A DNA stretch of 64,000 nt from an uncultured virus (IMG/VR IMGVR_UViG_3300018405_000012) (lineage: Duplodnaviria > Heunggongvirae > Uroviricota > Caudoviricetes): IMG/VR virus record IMGVR_UViG_3300018405_000012; one strand, written 5' to 3'. Made by a program: the position numbers and the translations under genes. The first letter of the stretch is position 1, and the number at the start of each line of letters is the position of its first letter. Under the pieces are notes generated by a model. It did no database searches. It was not told the origin of the DNA and was given only the letters and a program-made list of their open reading frames with translations. Below, in pieces: positions 27,816 through 38,663 of this stretch.

Positions 27816-30035
27816 TCACCGAATCATGACCTGGCCTCTGGGCGCCTGATAATGACCTCGACTGCGCAGGTCAAGGTTCAATGGTCGCTCAAAGGCCAAG
27901 GCTCTACCCGGCCCAAACGATCGGGTATCGATCATCTGCCGCTCCCGGTTACTCTCTTTGATCTGGTCAATGGATGCCGCACTCTCCATGTCAAACTCAT
28001 CGGAGATCTTGGCCATCAAGAGGTCTAACCGGTTTTGCACCTTGGTTCGTTCGTAGACGTTGCGCTCTGAGGACAACCGTTCATTGAGCTGGGCGATCTC
28101 GTCACGAATCTGCTGCTGTTTATCGTAGCGGCGCTGTTCATCCCAGGACAACTTATGTTCAGCCTCATAGACGCGTCGTTTGACCTCACTCAAGGTAATG
28201 CCGTAATGCTCAAGGTTCTGACCGTACGTCAAGAACCAGTGACAGAGTAGCCAGCTGATGACATGGTCGTCGTGTCCAGATGCCTGGTGGTCGATCCGGT
28301 TATTCCTTTCCACCAGCCGCGCCAGCTCACCTTGCAACTTGGCATCCCGTACCAGTGAACCTGTCTTCTTGGCCGCTTCCTGCAAGACGGGTCCATAGAT
28401 GATCTCACGCAACCCTTGGTTCGTTGGGAAACCGAAATGCTTCCGATACGACCGGTAATTATCCCGATCCCCAATGTACTCGTGATAACGCTTACGGTCC
28501 TCAGGCGATTGGTCCTTGGCATCAACCAACGTCGAGTAGATCCGCTTGGCAGGGTCAATACCGTGAGACGGCAGAGTCAGCAGCAAGGTGTCCAGAATAC
28601 CTATCCAGGTGGATTTCGACTCAGGCACCAAGGTCAACTTCTTGAATCGGATAAAGAACTTCACCAGCCACATGGCAAACACCGTGAGGTTGGAGTCGTT
28701 CACTGTCCATGCCCCGACCGTCTCAAGAGTACTGGTGTCCAATATCACCCCTGTGATGTTGTCTCGTCCGACTGCGTTGGAGGTGTCCATCCCCATGACA
28801 AGTTCACGCCCCGGCAAACCTTCCCGAACTTCTCGTTCTGGCACATACCAGCGAATCGAATAATAGTCCGTCTTATCGATTTCAAGGAACTCGGGCTTGA
28901 CCACACTGGCCATGATCTTGCGCAACAAGTCTTTGGTCAGCGGGTTCTTGGCGTTACCTGAGGTCCATTCGTTCAGATAGTCACGCCGAACCTCGTCACC
29001 GGTCTGGCGAGATTCTGCAATCTTGGTCCTGAGCCATGCATCGGTCTTACCCAACTGACGATGGTTGAAGGTACCGTTGATCAGGATGGCATCTTTGTTA
29101 CGGCACTGCTTGCGAATCACCTCGTACAGTTCGGTGCGATTGGTGCAGTCGTAGAAGTGATCATTCCACTCGGCTCCACCGGTCATGAGGTCGTAGGCAT
29201 AGGCTCCTTCTGGGGTGTCCAGTTCGCCCGCTGTGGTAGTGAAGATGTTACCGTACGGTAGGCCGTTGCGGGCCGCTTCTTCACGTGCCGCACCACCACC
29301 TGCGAGCATAACACCCAAGGAGATGTGGACGTTCTTCAGGAACGCGATTTCGTCCGTGTGGTTGTGGGGTACAGTCAGACCACGACCTAGGTTACGGGCC
29401 GCTTCTTCGTCCTTCTGGGGGATGTAGACCACCATCCGGTTACCCTGGGACATGTTGGTGAATTCTTTCTGGTTATCCGTGTCCTTCTTGACAATGTTCA
29501 CCAGGTACTTAGGGAGCAATGCCCGGAGTTTCTTCAGGCGTGCAATGTGTTCCTTGTACAAGTCACCCTTGGTGAACAAGTTGGAACGCGAGTTGCGCGC
29601 GCCGAAGACCTGGTACCAAACCGAGATACCGTCCGAGTTAAGGGACTTACCGGTCTGACGGATCTGCACAAGGAAGTAGTCGATGTGGTTCAGGAAACTC
29701 CACCACAGCGAGATGTTACCCCGGTTTGCTTCCAGCTTGATGGGTGTATCACCTGCTGCCGGCGGTACCCGCATGACTTCACGAATGAAGTACCAAGGGT
29801 TGAACGTACACTCGATCTTGATCTTGAGTTTCATCTCCTCGGAGAGTAACGGATCAAAGGGATCGACCCCTTGAAGATCAGGCTGAAGCAATGCCAGCAT
29901 GAACAGGTGGTTCTTAACCCCCATGTGTTTCAGCAGGGCCGAGAAACCCAAAAAGGAGGTATTGGTCGTCTTGGTATCCCAAATTGCGGTGGGGTACTTC
30001 TCCTGCCAGTCGTTAGCAAAAAGAATAGTTTCCAT
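27816..30035 (-). CDS. terL: Terminase large subunit (phiKZ gp25-like)
   Basis: NPWYF, RQTGKS Walker A, DE Walker B, TTTAG, GMDTS and HDD nuclease motifs. Confidence 0.93.
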   Translation of the reverse strand: METILFANDWQEKYPTAIWDTKTTNTSFLGFSALLKHMGVKNHLFMLALLQPDLQGVDPFDPLLSEEMKLKIKIECTFNPWYFIREVMRVPPAAGDTPIKLEANRGNISLWWSFLNHIDYFLVQIRQTGKSLNSDGISVWYQVFGARNSRSNLFTKGDLYKEHIARLKKLRALLPKYLVNIVKKDTDNQKEFTNMSQGNRMVVYIPQKDEEAARNLGRGLTVPHNHTDEIAFLKNVHISLGVMLAGGGAAREEAARNGLPYGNIFTTTAGELDTPEGAYAYDLMTGGAEWNDHFYDCTNRTELYEVIRKQCRNKDAILINGTFNHRQLGKTDAWLRTKIAESRQTGDEVRRDYLNEWTSGNAKNPLTKDLLRKIMASVVKPEFLEIDKTDYYSIRWYVPEREVREGLPGRELVMGMDTSNAVGRDNITGVILDTSTLETVGAWTVNDSNLTVFAMWLVKFFIRFKKLTLVPESKSTWIGILDTLLLTLPSHGIDPAKRIYSTLVDAKDQSPEDRKRYHEYIGDRDNYRSYRKHFGFPTNQGLREIIYGPVLQEAAKKTGSLVRDAKLQGELARLVERNNRIDHQASGHDDHVISWLLCHWFLTYGQNLEHYGITLSEVKRRVYEAEHKLSWDEQRRYDKQQQIRDEIAQLNERLSSERNVYERTKVQNRLDLLMAKISDEFDMESAASIDQIKESNRERQMIDTRSFGPGRALAFERPLNLDLRSRGHYQAPRGQVMIR

Positions 30036-30107
30036 TGATGGACCTCAATCCCAAGGCATACCCAGGCCTATCGGGGAATTACCCCCGACAGACCCAGGCA
30101 CCCTAAC

Positions 30108-31784
30108 TCAGTTGCTTTGCTGCACACTCATGCCCGTGACCCCAAGCTGCAATGGACCTTGCACAGTTTCGCGCACCCATCGCAGGTAAATAGTCTCGCC
30201 AACTTTAACATCATTGAGAATCGGGAACTCCTGGTTCCACTGATCACGATGGAAGGTGTACTCGCGTGTCTTGGTATGGATCACAAAGTGTGTCGGCTCT
30301 GGAGCAGCGACTTCACTTGTGCTGTCATACAAATGGTTCAAAGGCCAGTACACTTTGTCCAGCCATGTATCCAGGCTGGTAGCACCGGACTTCAGATCCA
30401 GGTACGACAGGTTGGTGTTGACGAAGCGGTTCTTGGCCACGATACCTTGACCGTAGAACTTCTCCTGCGACGGATCACATTTGATCTGCCAACGGTCACC
30501 TGCCTGATCACCCGCCTTGGTCAGCGAGATCTCAGCCGCCTGTACAAAGCGGTGAGCGGTGAAGATCGGATCGACGCTGGACAGTTTCAGACCAAACTTA
30601 AGCCGTTGACGGGAGACAAAGTCCTGGCCATCGAAGGCCACTTCATTGTCGGGGATCTCGATTACGCTACGCGGCACGCGGTAGTAAACGTCCCGGTCGA
30701 TGTTAAACAACCAGAAGTCCAAGTCATACCGACCTGCTGCACCATTCCACGTCGGGAAGACGTACAGACGAAGGCTGTAAGCATTATCTGCCGCAATCGC
30801 CTTGATGGTGAAGGCTTCAGTGATATACCCGTTCTCAGTGATCCCGTGTTCCAGAGAGTATTCATCCTCACTCATCCGGTAGCTCAGGGTCATTTTGTGC
30901 GGGTGAGACTGAATCGTCGGAGTGAACCACCGCAGACCGTGCAGACTCATCTTACCGGAGCCGTCCAGCGTGATGGGGACTTCCATCTCTTCACCGGAGT
31001 TGTACCGTACGACCCCTGTAACGCCCACAGTGCGCAGATCGACGTTAATCGGTACCACGAGTTGGGTTGGGTCTGCATCGGACAGATACGGGCTCTTGAG
31101 GCCGATGGAACGGATGCGTTTCATGCCAGCAGCAGAGCGACGTACCAGGCTGGTGTTCTGCACCAGCATCGACGAATGGCTAAGCTTGTGCCCCGTGGCA
31201 TTATACATCACCACAGTCACCACTTCCCCGTCATTGAGGCGGCGGTTGGTGTTACCGGCAGCTGGCGCCCAGATCGCCCAGTTATTGATATTGTCAGTCC
31301 CGACATGCTCCAGTGGAATGTTCTCCCCAAGGAATTCACCGGAGGCATTGTAATGGGCGCTGACGACTACACCGTTGTCGGTGAGATCGGTACCCAGGAA
31401 GACTTTGTAATGGTCCGCATCAGACCGATACAGGTGCAGGCGACCATCCACTTGAAGCGAGAAGGGCATCTGACGTGTGTCAATGTAGACCCGCCACGTC
31501 TCACTTTGCTGACCAGTACCTACACCAAGCAACTGATCGATGACCACGTTGTTCTGGGTGACCGGAGGCAACTCCCATGGGATGTAGGTGCTACGACCGG
31601 TGGTTATGTCGATGGTGGTGACGCGGTAGTAACCCGACGTCAGGTCCAGGATCAGGTCATCGACGTTCGGACAGTGTAGACCAGTGCCCGGCAGACCAGT
31701 GAAGATCTGGGTGATGTTCCAGATCCTCCACTCACGGTCAAGGTCAACAATACCGACCTGAGGAATGTCAGAAATTGTGCTCAT
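30108..31784 (-). CDS. Virion structural protein (phiKZ gp26-like position)
   Basis: 558 aa, beta-rich, syntenic with terminase. Confidence 0.7.
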   Translation of the reverse strand: MSTISDIPQVGIVDLDREWRIWNITQIFTGLPGTGLHCPNVDDLILDLTSGYYRVTTIDITTGRSTYIPWELPPVTQNNVVIDQLLGVGTGQQSETWRVYIDTRQMPFSLQVDGRLHLYRSDADHYKVFLGTDLTDNGVVVSAHYNASGEFLGENIPLEHVGTDNINNWAIWAPAAGNTNRRLNDGEVVTVVMYNATGHKLSHSSMLVQNTSLVRRSAAGMKRIRSIGLKSPYLSDADPTQLVVPINVDLRTVGVTGVVRYNSGEEMEVPITLDGSGKMSLHGLRWFTPTIQSHPHKMTLSYRMSEDEYSLEHGITENGYITEAFTIKAIAADNAYSLRLYVFPTWNGAAGRYDLDFWLFNIDRDVYYRVPRSVIEIPDNEVAFDGQDFVSRQRLKFGLKLSSVDPIFTAHRFVQAAEISLTKAGDQAGDRWQIKCDPSQEKFYGQGIVAKNRFVNTNLSYLDLKSGATSLDTWLDKVYWPLNHLYDSTSEVAAPEPTHFVIHTKTREYTFHRDQWNQEFPILNDVKVGETIYLRWVRETVQGPLQLGVTGMSVQQSN

Positions 31785-31826
31785 CGTTTATTTCGCGGGG
31801 CCTATTGACCCCGTGCTCCATGGAAG

Positions 31827-34394
31827 TTAAACAGGTGGGTGATCGATGGTGATCGAGTGTGTGATGTCGACCTTATCGTTGAGCATCACCCGAATAGCGC
31901 GCGCCAAGAAGTTGTAATGGTAGACGTTCAGCTCAAGCTTGGCTGCCCGTTCATGTGCCTCGATGGCGATGTACCGTTGATCGAAGTCTCGAACAGACGG
32001 CTCATACGGCAGCAACCAGACGTAAGGCTCGCACCACTTGCGTACCTCGACATCGCTGTAGTGGCCTGTCAGTTCGATCTGATCAAAGAACCCATCCATG
32101 AGATCGTGCATCAGCTTGGCGACGAACGGACTGTAGATACGATGCCGGCGTGGAATCAAATTGACGTCCTGTGCCGGCATGTCACCGACGACCACGGTCA
32201 TGTAGTTTTCAATCTGCAGGTCGGTGGCTTCCGCTCGATCCCTTAACCGGTACGATTCTTCATGCGTCAAACCACGCAATGGAATCAGGGGCTCGGTGAC
32301 CTGGTAGGGTGCACCGTTTCGTACGTTAGTCAGAATCACATCGGGCCTGTCTTCTGCCCAGCTGAGTTCATCACGGGACCAGATTCGCCCGTCCGCAATC
32401 ACCCGAATGACCTTATCGTCCCGCAGGTTCCAGCGGTTGTTACGACTCAGCAGACCGTTTTCAACAAACCCGTACTCAGAAGCATGGATTCTCCCCATGT
32501 CCTTGGTGCAGAACCCTGTCGCGCGAACTGTGATGGTGTTCGATGTGCCGGCCTGGTTACGCCACTCCTTGTTGATGATGCAGATCTCCTGACCATTCAT
32601 CAGCCAGTCCAACCCTTCAATCAACGGATGACCATTCAGCCATAACTCGAGCAAACCAGAGGGAATCTCAACCAGACCGTTGTACAGCAGGCCATTGATC
32701 CGCAGTTCCTGTACGTTCAGACTGAAACGCAGCAGGCCATCCGGGTAGTCGAGCACCAGGTTGTACGTCAGGAAGGTGTCGTCCATCTTGACCGCGGTGT
32801 AATAGAACGCCGGGTCGACCTTCCACAGAACGGTATCGTCGAGAAAATCGTAGAACGCCGGGTCATCGGTCACATCGCGCCATTCCCCAGTGGGGATGGC
32901 CGACTCTATAGGGCACACGTAGCAGCGAAAGGTCAGACCTTTCGCCGGCTTGTGGTTTTTCCCGTAGACTGTTGATTGGATCGCACCACCCTTGCCCACG
33001 ATCGCCTCGATATAGCGACAGGTTTCAGACCGTGGAACGTACCACTGCGTGTTCTGGTTAACATACCACCCAAGCAACACACCTTGGCCGTCGTACTCGT
33101 AGACTGTACTCTCGCCCCGCAGTCCAAACGGCAACTCCACCCAACCCTTCGGCGTGGTGACGGCCTGTGGGGTGTCTGCTACAATGCGCGTGATGGCATT
33201 GTAACCGTACGCCTGTTCTACCATCTGACGAGTGATCTTACCTGCTGGAGCACGCATCAGGGCCGTGTACATGGATTTCTCAAGGGCTTCTACCCGCCAG
33301 ACATCCACGACAGCTTCCGATCCCATGATAGCCGAATGGAATCCATCCTCATCAAACTTGTACAACTCTTTGATGTGTTGGGCTTCGTCTACCAGGTTCT
33401 TATCCATTCCCGACCGACGCTGGACCATCACAGCGGTCAGCTGATTACTGCGCGCCCAGTTCGGGTTCAACGAACACATCCTGTCCACATAGATCGATGG
33501 GATCGAGTAATCCTGATGGGTGACCATCCGGATAGAGTCTTCCAGGTTCTTGTGGTAGTAAACACCCTTTTGAATGTGTGCGGTTCGCTTGTGCACCAGG
33601 AACAGATCCTGATCATCACGGTAACGGATTAGATCGTCGCCAACTCGCGGCGGGTGTAGCAGGTACTTTTGCTTCTGGTCCAGCTCTGACAGAAATACCG
33701 GCAGATCAGCAACTGCAAACTCCACTACCCGTTCCACCGAACTGTCACGTACCAGTTCGACGTGGTCACCTCTACCCACAGTGGCGGTGGTGACATCATT
33801 GGTGAACCAACCATTGACATAGATGAAAACATGCCCTGAGCGTTCCTGCATCCTGCGAAGCTGGAAGGTCAGGCTGTTAATCTGGCTGGTAGTCAGGGGC
33901 ACGTTGTACAGGTATTCAATGCCTTCATAGGGGTCATGTTCATCAGCCCGATCGAAGAAAGCATTGCTGTAAAACCGGAAGTACAGATCCTCGGTCCCGA
34001 AGTCGCCAATCTCCGGCAGCGCCAGCACGGCGACCACGATATTGCCATCCTCGGTCCCGAGAAAGTACATCTGCGACCGCGGGACCATGAGACCCCGCTC
34101 GGTATAGACCTCAATCACCATGCTGTCAGTAACCATTTGATTACTGACCGCTGTCCAGACGTTGCGCTTGAACTTCAGACCCAAGGTTCCCTGGGCGATG
34201 TTGCCAAACTGAAACACATGGTAGCGTGGGCCTTGTGTCGGCAGGTTAACAGTGTTCCAGAGTACCTGAATACTGCCCCGTGCACCGACTTTTGGACTGA
34301 TCCTTGAGGGTCTCAGGATATGTTGCCGGTCCTGCTCCGGCGCACACCAGACATGCTGGTAGGCGTGATTGATGAGAAAGTCATCGGAGGTCAT
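31827..34394 (-). CDS. Virion structural protein (phiKZ gp27-like)
   Basis: 855 aa, N-terminal HA...VWC.P.QD motif; synteny. Confidence 0.72.
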   Translation of the reverse strand: MTSDDFLINHAYQHVWCAPEQDRQHILRPSRISPKVGARGSIQVLWNTVNLPTQGPRYHVFQFGNIAQGTLGLKFKRNVWTAVSNQMVTDSMVIEVYTERGLMVPRSQMYFLGTEDGNIVVAVLALPEIGDFGTEDLYFRFYSNAFFDRADEHDPYEGIEYLYNVPLTTSQINSLTFQLRRMQERSGHVFIYVNGWFTNDVTTATVGRGDHVELVRDSSVERVVEFAVADLPVFLSELDQKQKYLLHPPRVGDDLIRYRDDQDLFLVHKRTAHIQKGVYYHKNLEDSIRMVTHQDYSIPSIYVDRMCSLNPNWARSNQLTAVMVQRRSGMDKNLVDEAQHIKELYKFDEDGFHSAIMGSEAVVDVWRVEALEKSMYTALMRAPAGKITRQMVEQAYGYNAITRIVADTPQAVTTPKGWVELPFGLRGESTVYEYDGQGVLLGWYVNQNTQWYVPRSETCRYIEAIVGKGGAIQSTVYGKNHKPAKGLTFRCYVCPIESAIPTGEWRDVTDDPAFYDFLDDTVLWKVDPAFYYTAVKMDDTFLTYNLVLDYPDGLLRFSLNVQELRINGLLYNGLVEIPSGLLELWLNGHPLIEGLDWLMNGQEICIINKEWRNQAGTSNTITVRATGFCTKDMGRIHASEYGFVENGLLSRNNRWNLRDDKVIRVIADGRIWSRDELSWAEDRPDVILTNVRNGAPYQVTEPLIPLRGLTHEESYRLRDRAEATDLQIENYMTVVVGDMPAQDVNLIPRRHRIYSPFVAKLMHDLMDGFFDQIELTGHYSDVEVRKWCEPYVWLLPYEPSVRDFDQRYIAIEAHERAAKLELNVYHYNFLARAIRVMLNDKVDITHSITIDHPPV

Positions 34395-34527
34395 GTGGAC
34401 ACCTATCGAATTAGCGCTTGCCAGCCACGACGTCTTTCAAGTACTGGCCGAAAGTGGTGTTCATGGGCTTGTCGCTAGTGGGGGTTGTTTGGTAAAGCTT
34501 GCCCTTGTCATCGCCGACAGCAGTGCC

Positions 34528-35493
34528 TTAGAACGCTTCCAGGCTGGCGCGACGACTGGGTGAACCCGGTGCCCTGACCTTACCGGCCAGCACTTCCATG
34601 GAGCGACTGAACTCATCGCCTGTACGTCCCACGGCAAAACGCTCAACCAGTTTACCGAGGTGGGTCTTACGCCAGACCTTGGCATTGCACGCCGCTTCCA
34701 CCAGCGCAAGGTAAACGGGCGGGTATTCCAGTGCGACAGCAGCAATCTCTTGCGCACCGTACCCGAACCACGAACGCCCCAAAGTCATGATCAGGAAGCC
34801 GACATTGATCTGGCTGATCCGAGTGTTCTGGGCAAAGTGGGTGTGCAGGGCTGCCACATACTCATCCAGCAGGCTCATGTACGGCAGGTCATCCACGATC
34901 GAGGTGATCAGTTGGATAGGGGCACGAGTCCAACGCTGGAGCAGTTTGACCAGCTTCTCACGGCCGCGATCGGAGAGCATTTCTTCAGGCGAGAAGAAAC
35001 GCTGGGCATAGTAAGCACCGGTAATGATCTGTACTTCACGGGCCACATCCAGGTCCAGGCCTAGCTTGTTGGCAATCGATTGACTGAGCCAACTGATATA
35101 GACTTGAGCCGGAAGATCGCTGGTGCGCATGAAGTCTTCGCGCAGGGATGGGTCTTTGATCCACAGGGCGGTCAGGTCACCCATACGCGAAAAGAAATCT
35201 GCCTGCATTTGGTTGGCAACCACAAACCCTGTGTCAGAGCGTTGTTCGCGACGCATGAACGAACGGGCATCCATGAACACGCTACCGTTGTCATCGAGCT
35301 TGCGTTCAGCATACTCGACCGAGGTAACTGGCATGACGAACACAGGTACTTTTTCTGCCAACGGTGTGACGAATACCACCGACTCACTATCACGAATCAG
35401 TCCGCCCGTGGCCTTAGCCATGGCCAATTCACTGAGCAATGTGGAGAGCTTATGCTTACGCAAAACGGTGGTGTTCCAAGGGCTGGTGAGCAT
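34528..35493 (-). CDS. Virion-associated protein (phiKZ gp28-like position)
   Basis: 321 aa, ALEYPP motif; synteny. Confidence 0.7.
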   Translation of the reverse strand: MLTSPWNTTVLRKHKLSTLLSELAMAKATGGLIRDSESVVFVTPLAEKVPVFVMPVTSVEYAERKLDDNGSVFMDARSFMRREQRSDTGFVVANQMQADFFSRMGDLTALWIKDPSLREDFMRTSDLPAQVYISWLSQSIANKLGLDLDVAREVQIITGAYYAQRFFSPEEMLSDRGREKLVKLLQRWTRAPIQLITSIVDDLPYMSLLDEYVAALHTHFAQNTRISQINVGFLIMTLGRSWFGYGAQEIAAVALEYPPVYLALVEAACNAKVWRKTHLGKLVERFAVGRTGDEFSRSMEVLAGKVRAPGSPSRRASLEAF

Positions 35494-35683
35494 GATAAAC
35501 CTCGTGTGGATGTAAAATTAAACAAAGTCAGGGAATACCGGAATCGAATAGTATGCGGTGATGGTATCAGTCACCTTGATTGCCGTATACGTCACTCTAT
35601 ATAGCGGCGTGGTCATACCATCTCTCTGCCAAAGTAAACTTCGCGCGGAAGTTGATTCATTTATTCCCATGGGAGACATGTAC

Positions 35684-37738
35684 ATGTCGTCTGTTTCGAT
35701 GGCTTCATCTTTGCCGAGAACTGAAGTTCTCGGCTTCAAGGATGTGAGTGGCCAAGGCCAACCGCTGGAGATCGTCAACCTGCCGATCTTCCTGCCGTTC
35801 TGCCCGCTGTTCACCTCTTGGGGTCCGTCCGACACTGCCAGTCTGGTTAGTGGCGATGGTTTCAATTCCATTTATGGCGCAGATAACTTCTACGCCGGCT
35901 CTGCATTCCTGAGCCACCAGGCCGCTATGTTGCAGAAAGTTCTGCAAACTGGTGCCATGGCACTTGTCCGTCGGATGAAACCGGCTGGCGCAAAAGTAGC
36001 CACCCTGCGTGTCTGGGCTGACGTGATCGCTGATCAAGTTGCACAGTACGAGCGTAATGCCGACGGTACCTTCAAGCGTATCAATGGTGAACTGGTTGAA
36101 ACCGGTGAAACCGTCGACGGCCATCGCGTCCGTTTCCACATCGACGAGCCGGGTGAAACCGCTCTTCGTCAAGGCACACCGACCACCGGCACTATGGTCG
36201 ATGGTAGCGGCGCGCCGTCGACCATGTACCCGCTGTTTGACATCGAAGCGCGTTTCTTCGGTGCCAAGGGCTCCAACTTCGGCATCCGTCTGGTTGCACC
36301 GACCACCAACTCCTCGACTCCGGCCAACGCCGAACTGATCGAAGAGCAGGGCGCTTACCTGTATCGCCTGTCGATCCTCGAGCGTGCCAACAGCAACAGC
36401 ACTGGTTCGCCGCTGATGAACATGAACGGTGAGCCGTTCGTCGAGTTCAGCCTGAAGCAGGGTGTGGTCGACCCGAAGACCAAGATCAACTACGCGCACG
36501 ACAAGCGTATCCTCAAGGCGTTCGAGGACAATGATCCGGAAGTGTTCACCGGCTATGGCCCGCTGAAGAGCTTCCATGTCTACAAGGACAACCTGCAATT
36601 GGTCCTGGACAATCTTCTGTCCACCGAGCAAGACTACGGTCTGATCGGTAGTGAAGTGACCCCAGAGCATTCGATCAACCTGTTTGGCGGCGTCGACGTC
36701 AATGGCGTGCCGTACTACAGCATCAAGATCGAAGGTCCGAGCGAGGGCGGTGCCCTGTTCGGCGAAGCGGCCACCCACTGGCTGCAAGGCGGTACCGACG
36801 GTGCGGTAAGTCCTGCCGAGTATGACGCCGCTGTGCGTGAAGAACTGAACGTATTCGGTCAGGGCGAGATCGCCTACTCCGACCGCGCCAGCTTCCCGAT
36901 GTCGGCTTTCATTGACACCGGCTTCACCCTGGAAACCAAGCTGCTGATGGCCAACATCATGGCTGTTCGTCCGGACGCCTGGGTATTGGCTGCTACGCAG
37001 GACGTACTCGAGCCCCTGAACACGCCGGAAGAAGATTCCAGCATCGGTGCTGCTCTGCGTAACGCGTTGTCGCTGGTTCCTGAGTCTGAGTTCTACAACA
37101 CTGGCGCATGCCGTGCTGTGGTGATGAAGCACGCCGGGACCTACCTCGATTCCATGTACGACGGTATCCTGCCGTTCACCGTGGACTTCGCGACCAAGGT
37201 TGCTACCTACATGGGTGGTGCTCGCATGCTGTCCGGTTATGCGCCGGATAACGGCATCTATCGTGTCGTGACTCGTTTCGTCGATCACAATGCCAAGTTC
37301 CGTCCAGTCAAACCGCGTAACACTGACTGGCAGAATGGAATCAGCTCGGCCGAGCCGTTCGATCACCGCAACCAGGTATTCTTCCCTGGTATCCAGACGG
37401 TTTATCACGACAACACCTCGGTGCTGAACTCGTTCTTCCCAATGGCCATCTGCTGCCACCTGAACCGCATCGGCGAACTCGCCTGGCGCATGTTCACCGG
37501 CGACAGCCGCATGTCCGCTGATGAATACACGACTAACGTCGACCGTTTCATCGAAGAGCAGATCAAGGACCGTTATGACGGTCGCGCCAACATCACCCCG
37601 TCGTCCTACTACACCCCGGCTGACACTCAGCGTGGGTACAGCTGGCACACGGATATCGAAGGCCTGTTCGACGGCATGAAGACGGTGCAAGTACTGACCA
37701 TCGTGGCCGGTCGTCGTACTGGACAGGAGACTGAATAA
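35684..37738 (+). CDS. Contractile tail sheath protein (phiKZ gp29-like)
   Basis: About 684 aa, strong codon bias, LQGGTDG and DTGF motifs, followed by the tube gene. Confidence 0.88.
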   Translation: MSSVSMASSLPRTEVLGFKDVSGQGQPLEIVNLPIFLPFCPLFTSWGPSDTASLVSGDGFNSIYGADNFYAGSAFLSHQAAMLQKVLQTGAMALVRRMKPAGAKVATLRVWADVIADQVAQYERNADGTFKRINGELVETGETVDGHRVRFHIDEPGETALRQGTPTTGTMVDGSGAPSTMYPLFDIEARFFGAKGSNFGIRLVAPTTNSSTPANAELIEEQGAYLYRLSILERANSNSTGSPLMNMNGEPFVEFSLKQGVVDPKTKINYAHDKRILKAFEDNDPEVFTGYGPLKSFHVYKDNLQLVLDNLLSTEQDYGLIGSEVTPEHSINLFGGVDVNGVPYYSIKIEGPSEGGALFGEAATHWLQGGTDGAVSPAEYDAAVREELNVFGQGEIAYSDRASFPMSAFIDTGFTLETKLLMANIMAVRPDAWVLAATQDVLEPLNTPEEDSSIGAALRNALSLVPESEFYNTGACRAVVMKHAGTYLDSMYDGILPFTVDFATKVATYMGGARMLSGYAPDNGIYRVVTRFVDHNAKFRPVKPRNTDWQNGISSAEPFDHRNQVFFPGIQTVYHDNTSVLNSFFPMAICCHLNRIGELAWRMFTGDSRMSADEYTTNVDRFIEEQIKDRYDGRANITPSSYYTPADTQRGYSWHTDIEGLFDGMKTVQVLTIVAGRRTGQETE

Positions 37739-38604
37739 TGGGCGTCCGGCATCGTGACTCTCTCCTGGGCAATGGCCTGGGTTACGGCGAGTTCAACAAC
37801 TCGCCGATGGTAAACCTGGCAATTGGTGGGCAGAACGCCTACCAGTCTGACCTGCGTTACTTCCACGCCAACACCGATTACGTCCGTCGTAACCTGGTGA
37901 TCAAAGTCCTGCAGGCCCCGCGCGGCTTCCAGTACCTCGATAACCCGGACAGCTACTACCGGGCGCTGAAAGGCATCGTGGAAATGCATGCACAGACCTG
38001 GGACGGCTTCAACCGTACCCTGACTGTCAACAGCGTCGAGGCTCCGGTCTCGGGTGCTGGTGAAATGCAACAGACGCCGAGCAACGTGCTGCGTCAGAAG
38101 TCCGACCCGTCGATGTCCATCCGTGAAAAGTACGGCCGTCCCGTCCAGCGTTTCCTGGAGTCGTGGATTACCGAGCTGATCATGGACCCGGATTCGAAGG
38201 TTCCAGGTATTGCCACGCGCGTCAATGCGCCGACCGACCTGCTGCCGGACATCTACTCCATGTCGATCATCGCGTTCGAACCCGATCCGACCTTCACCAA
38301 GGTCAACTCGGCATGGCTGATGACCAACATGTACCCGACTACCGCCGGTGATTTCACTGGTCGTCGGGACAAGACCGCCGACGGCGAAGAACTGGTCCTG
38401 ACTGTTCCCTTCACGGGCATGCAGCAGGTCGGTATCGCTGTTGATCGGTTTGCTCAGCAGTTGCTCGATGCAATGCCGAAGACTGGCACCAGTCCGAACC
38501 TGAAACCGGCCTTCATGTCCGGTGTGGAAGCGGATGTCGCCAAGCACAATGTCGGCTTCAGCGAGCAGGTTGCGGAATTCAACCGTACCTACATCAAGCT
38601 GTAA
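37738..38604 (+). CDS. Tail tube protein (phiKZ gp30-like)
   Basis: 288 aa coupled to sheath by TAATG; EPDP...AWL..NMYP motif. Confidence 0.85.
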   Translation: MGVRHRDSLLGNGLGYGEFNNSPMVNLAIGGQNAYQSDLRYFHANTDYVRRNLVIKVLQAPRGFQYLDNPDSYYRALKGIVEMHAQTWDGFNRTLTVNSVEAPVSGAGEMQQTPSNVLRQKSDPSMSIREKYGRPVQRFLESWITELIMDPDSKVPGIATRVNAPTDLLPDIYSMSIIAFEPDPTFTKVNSAWLMTNMYPTTAGDFTGRRDKTADGEELVLTVPFTGMQQVGIAVDRFAQQLLDAMPKTGTSPNLKPAFMSGVEADVAKHNVGFSEQVAEFNRTYIKL

Positions 38605-38611
38605 AGCAAAG

Positions 38612-38659
38612 AAAAAAGAAACAGCTAAGAGAGGGAGCGCAAGCTCCCTCTCTATGCCG
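38612..38659. repeat. 48-nt terminator element, identical to 22371-22418
   Basis: Exact sequence match. Confidence 0.85.
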
Positions 38660-38663
38660 CCTG

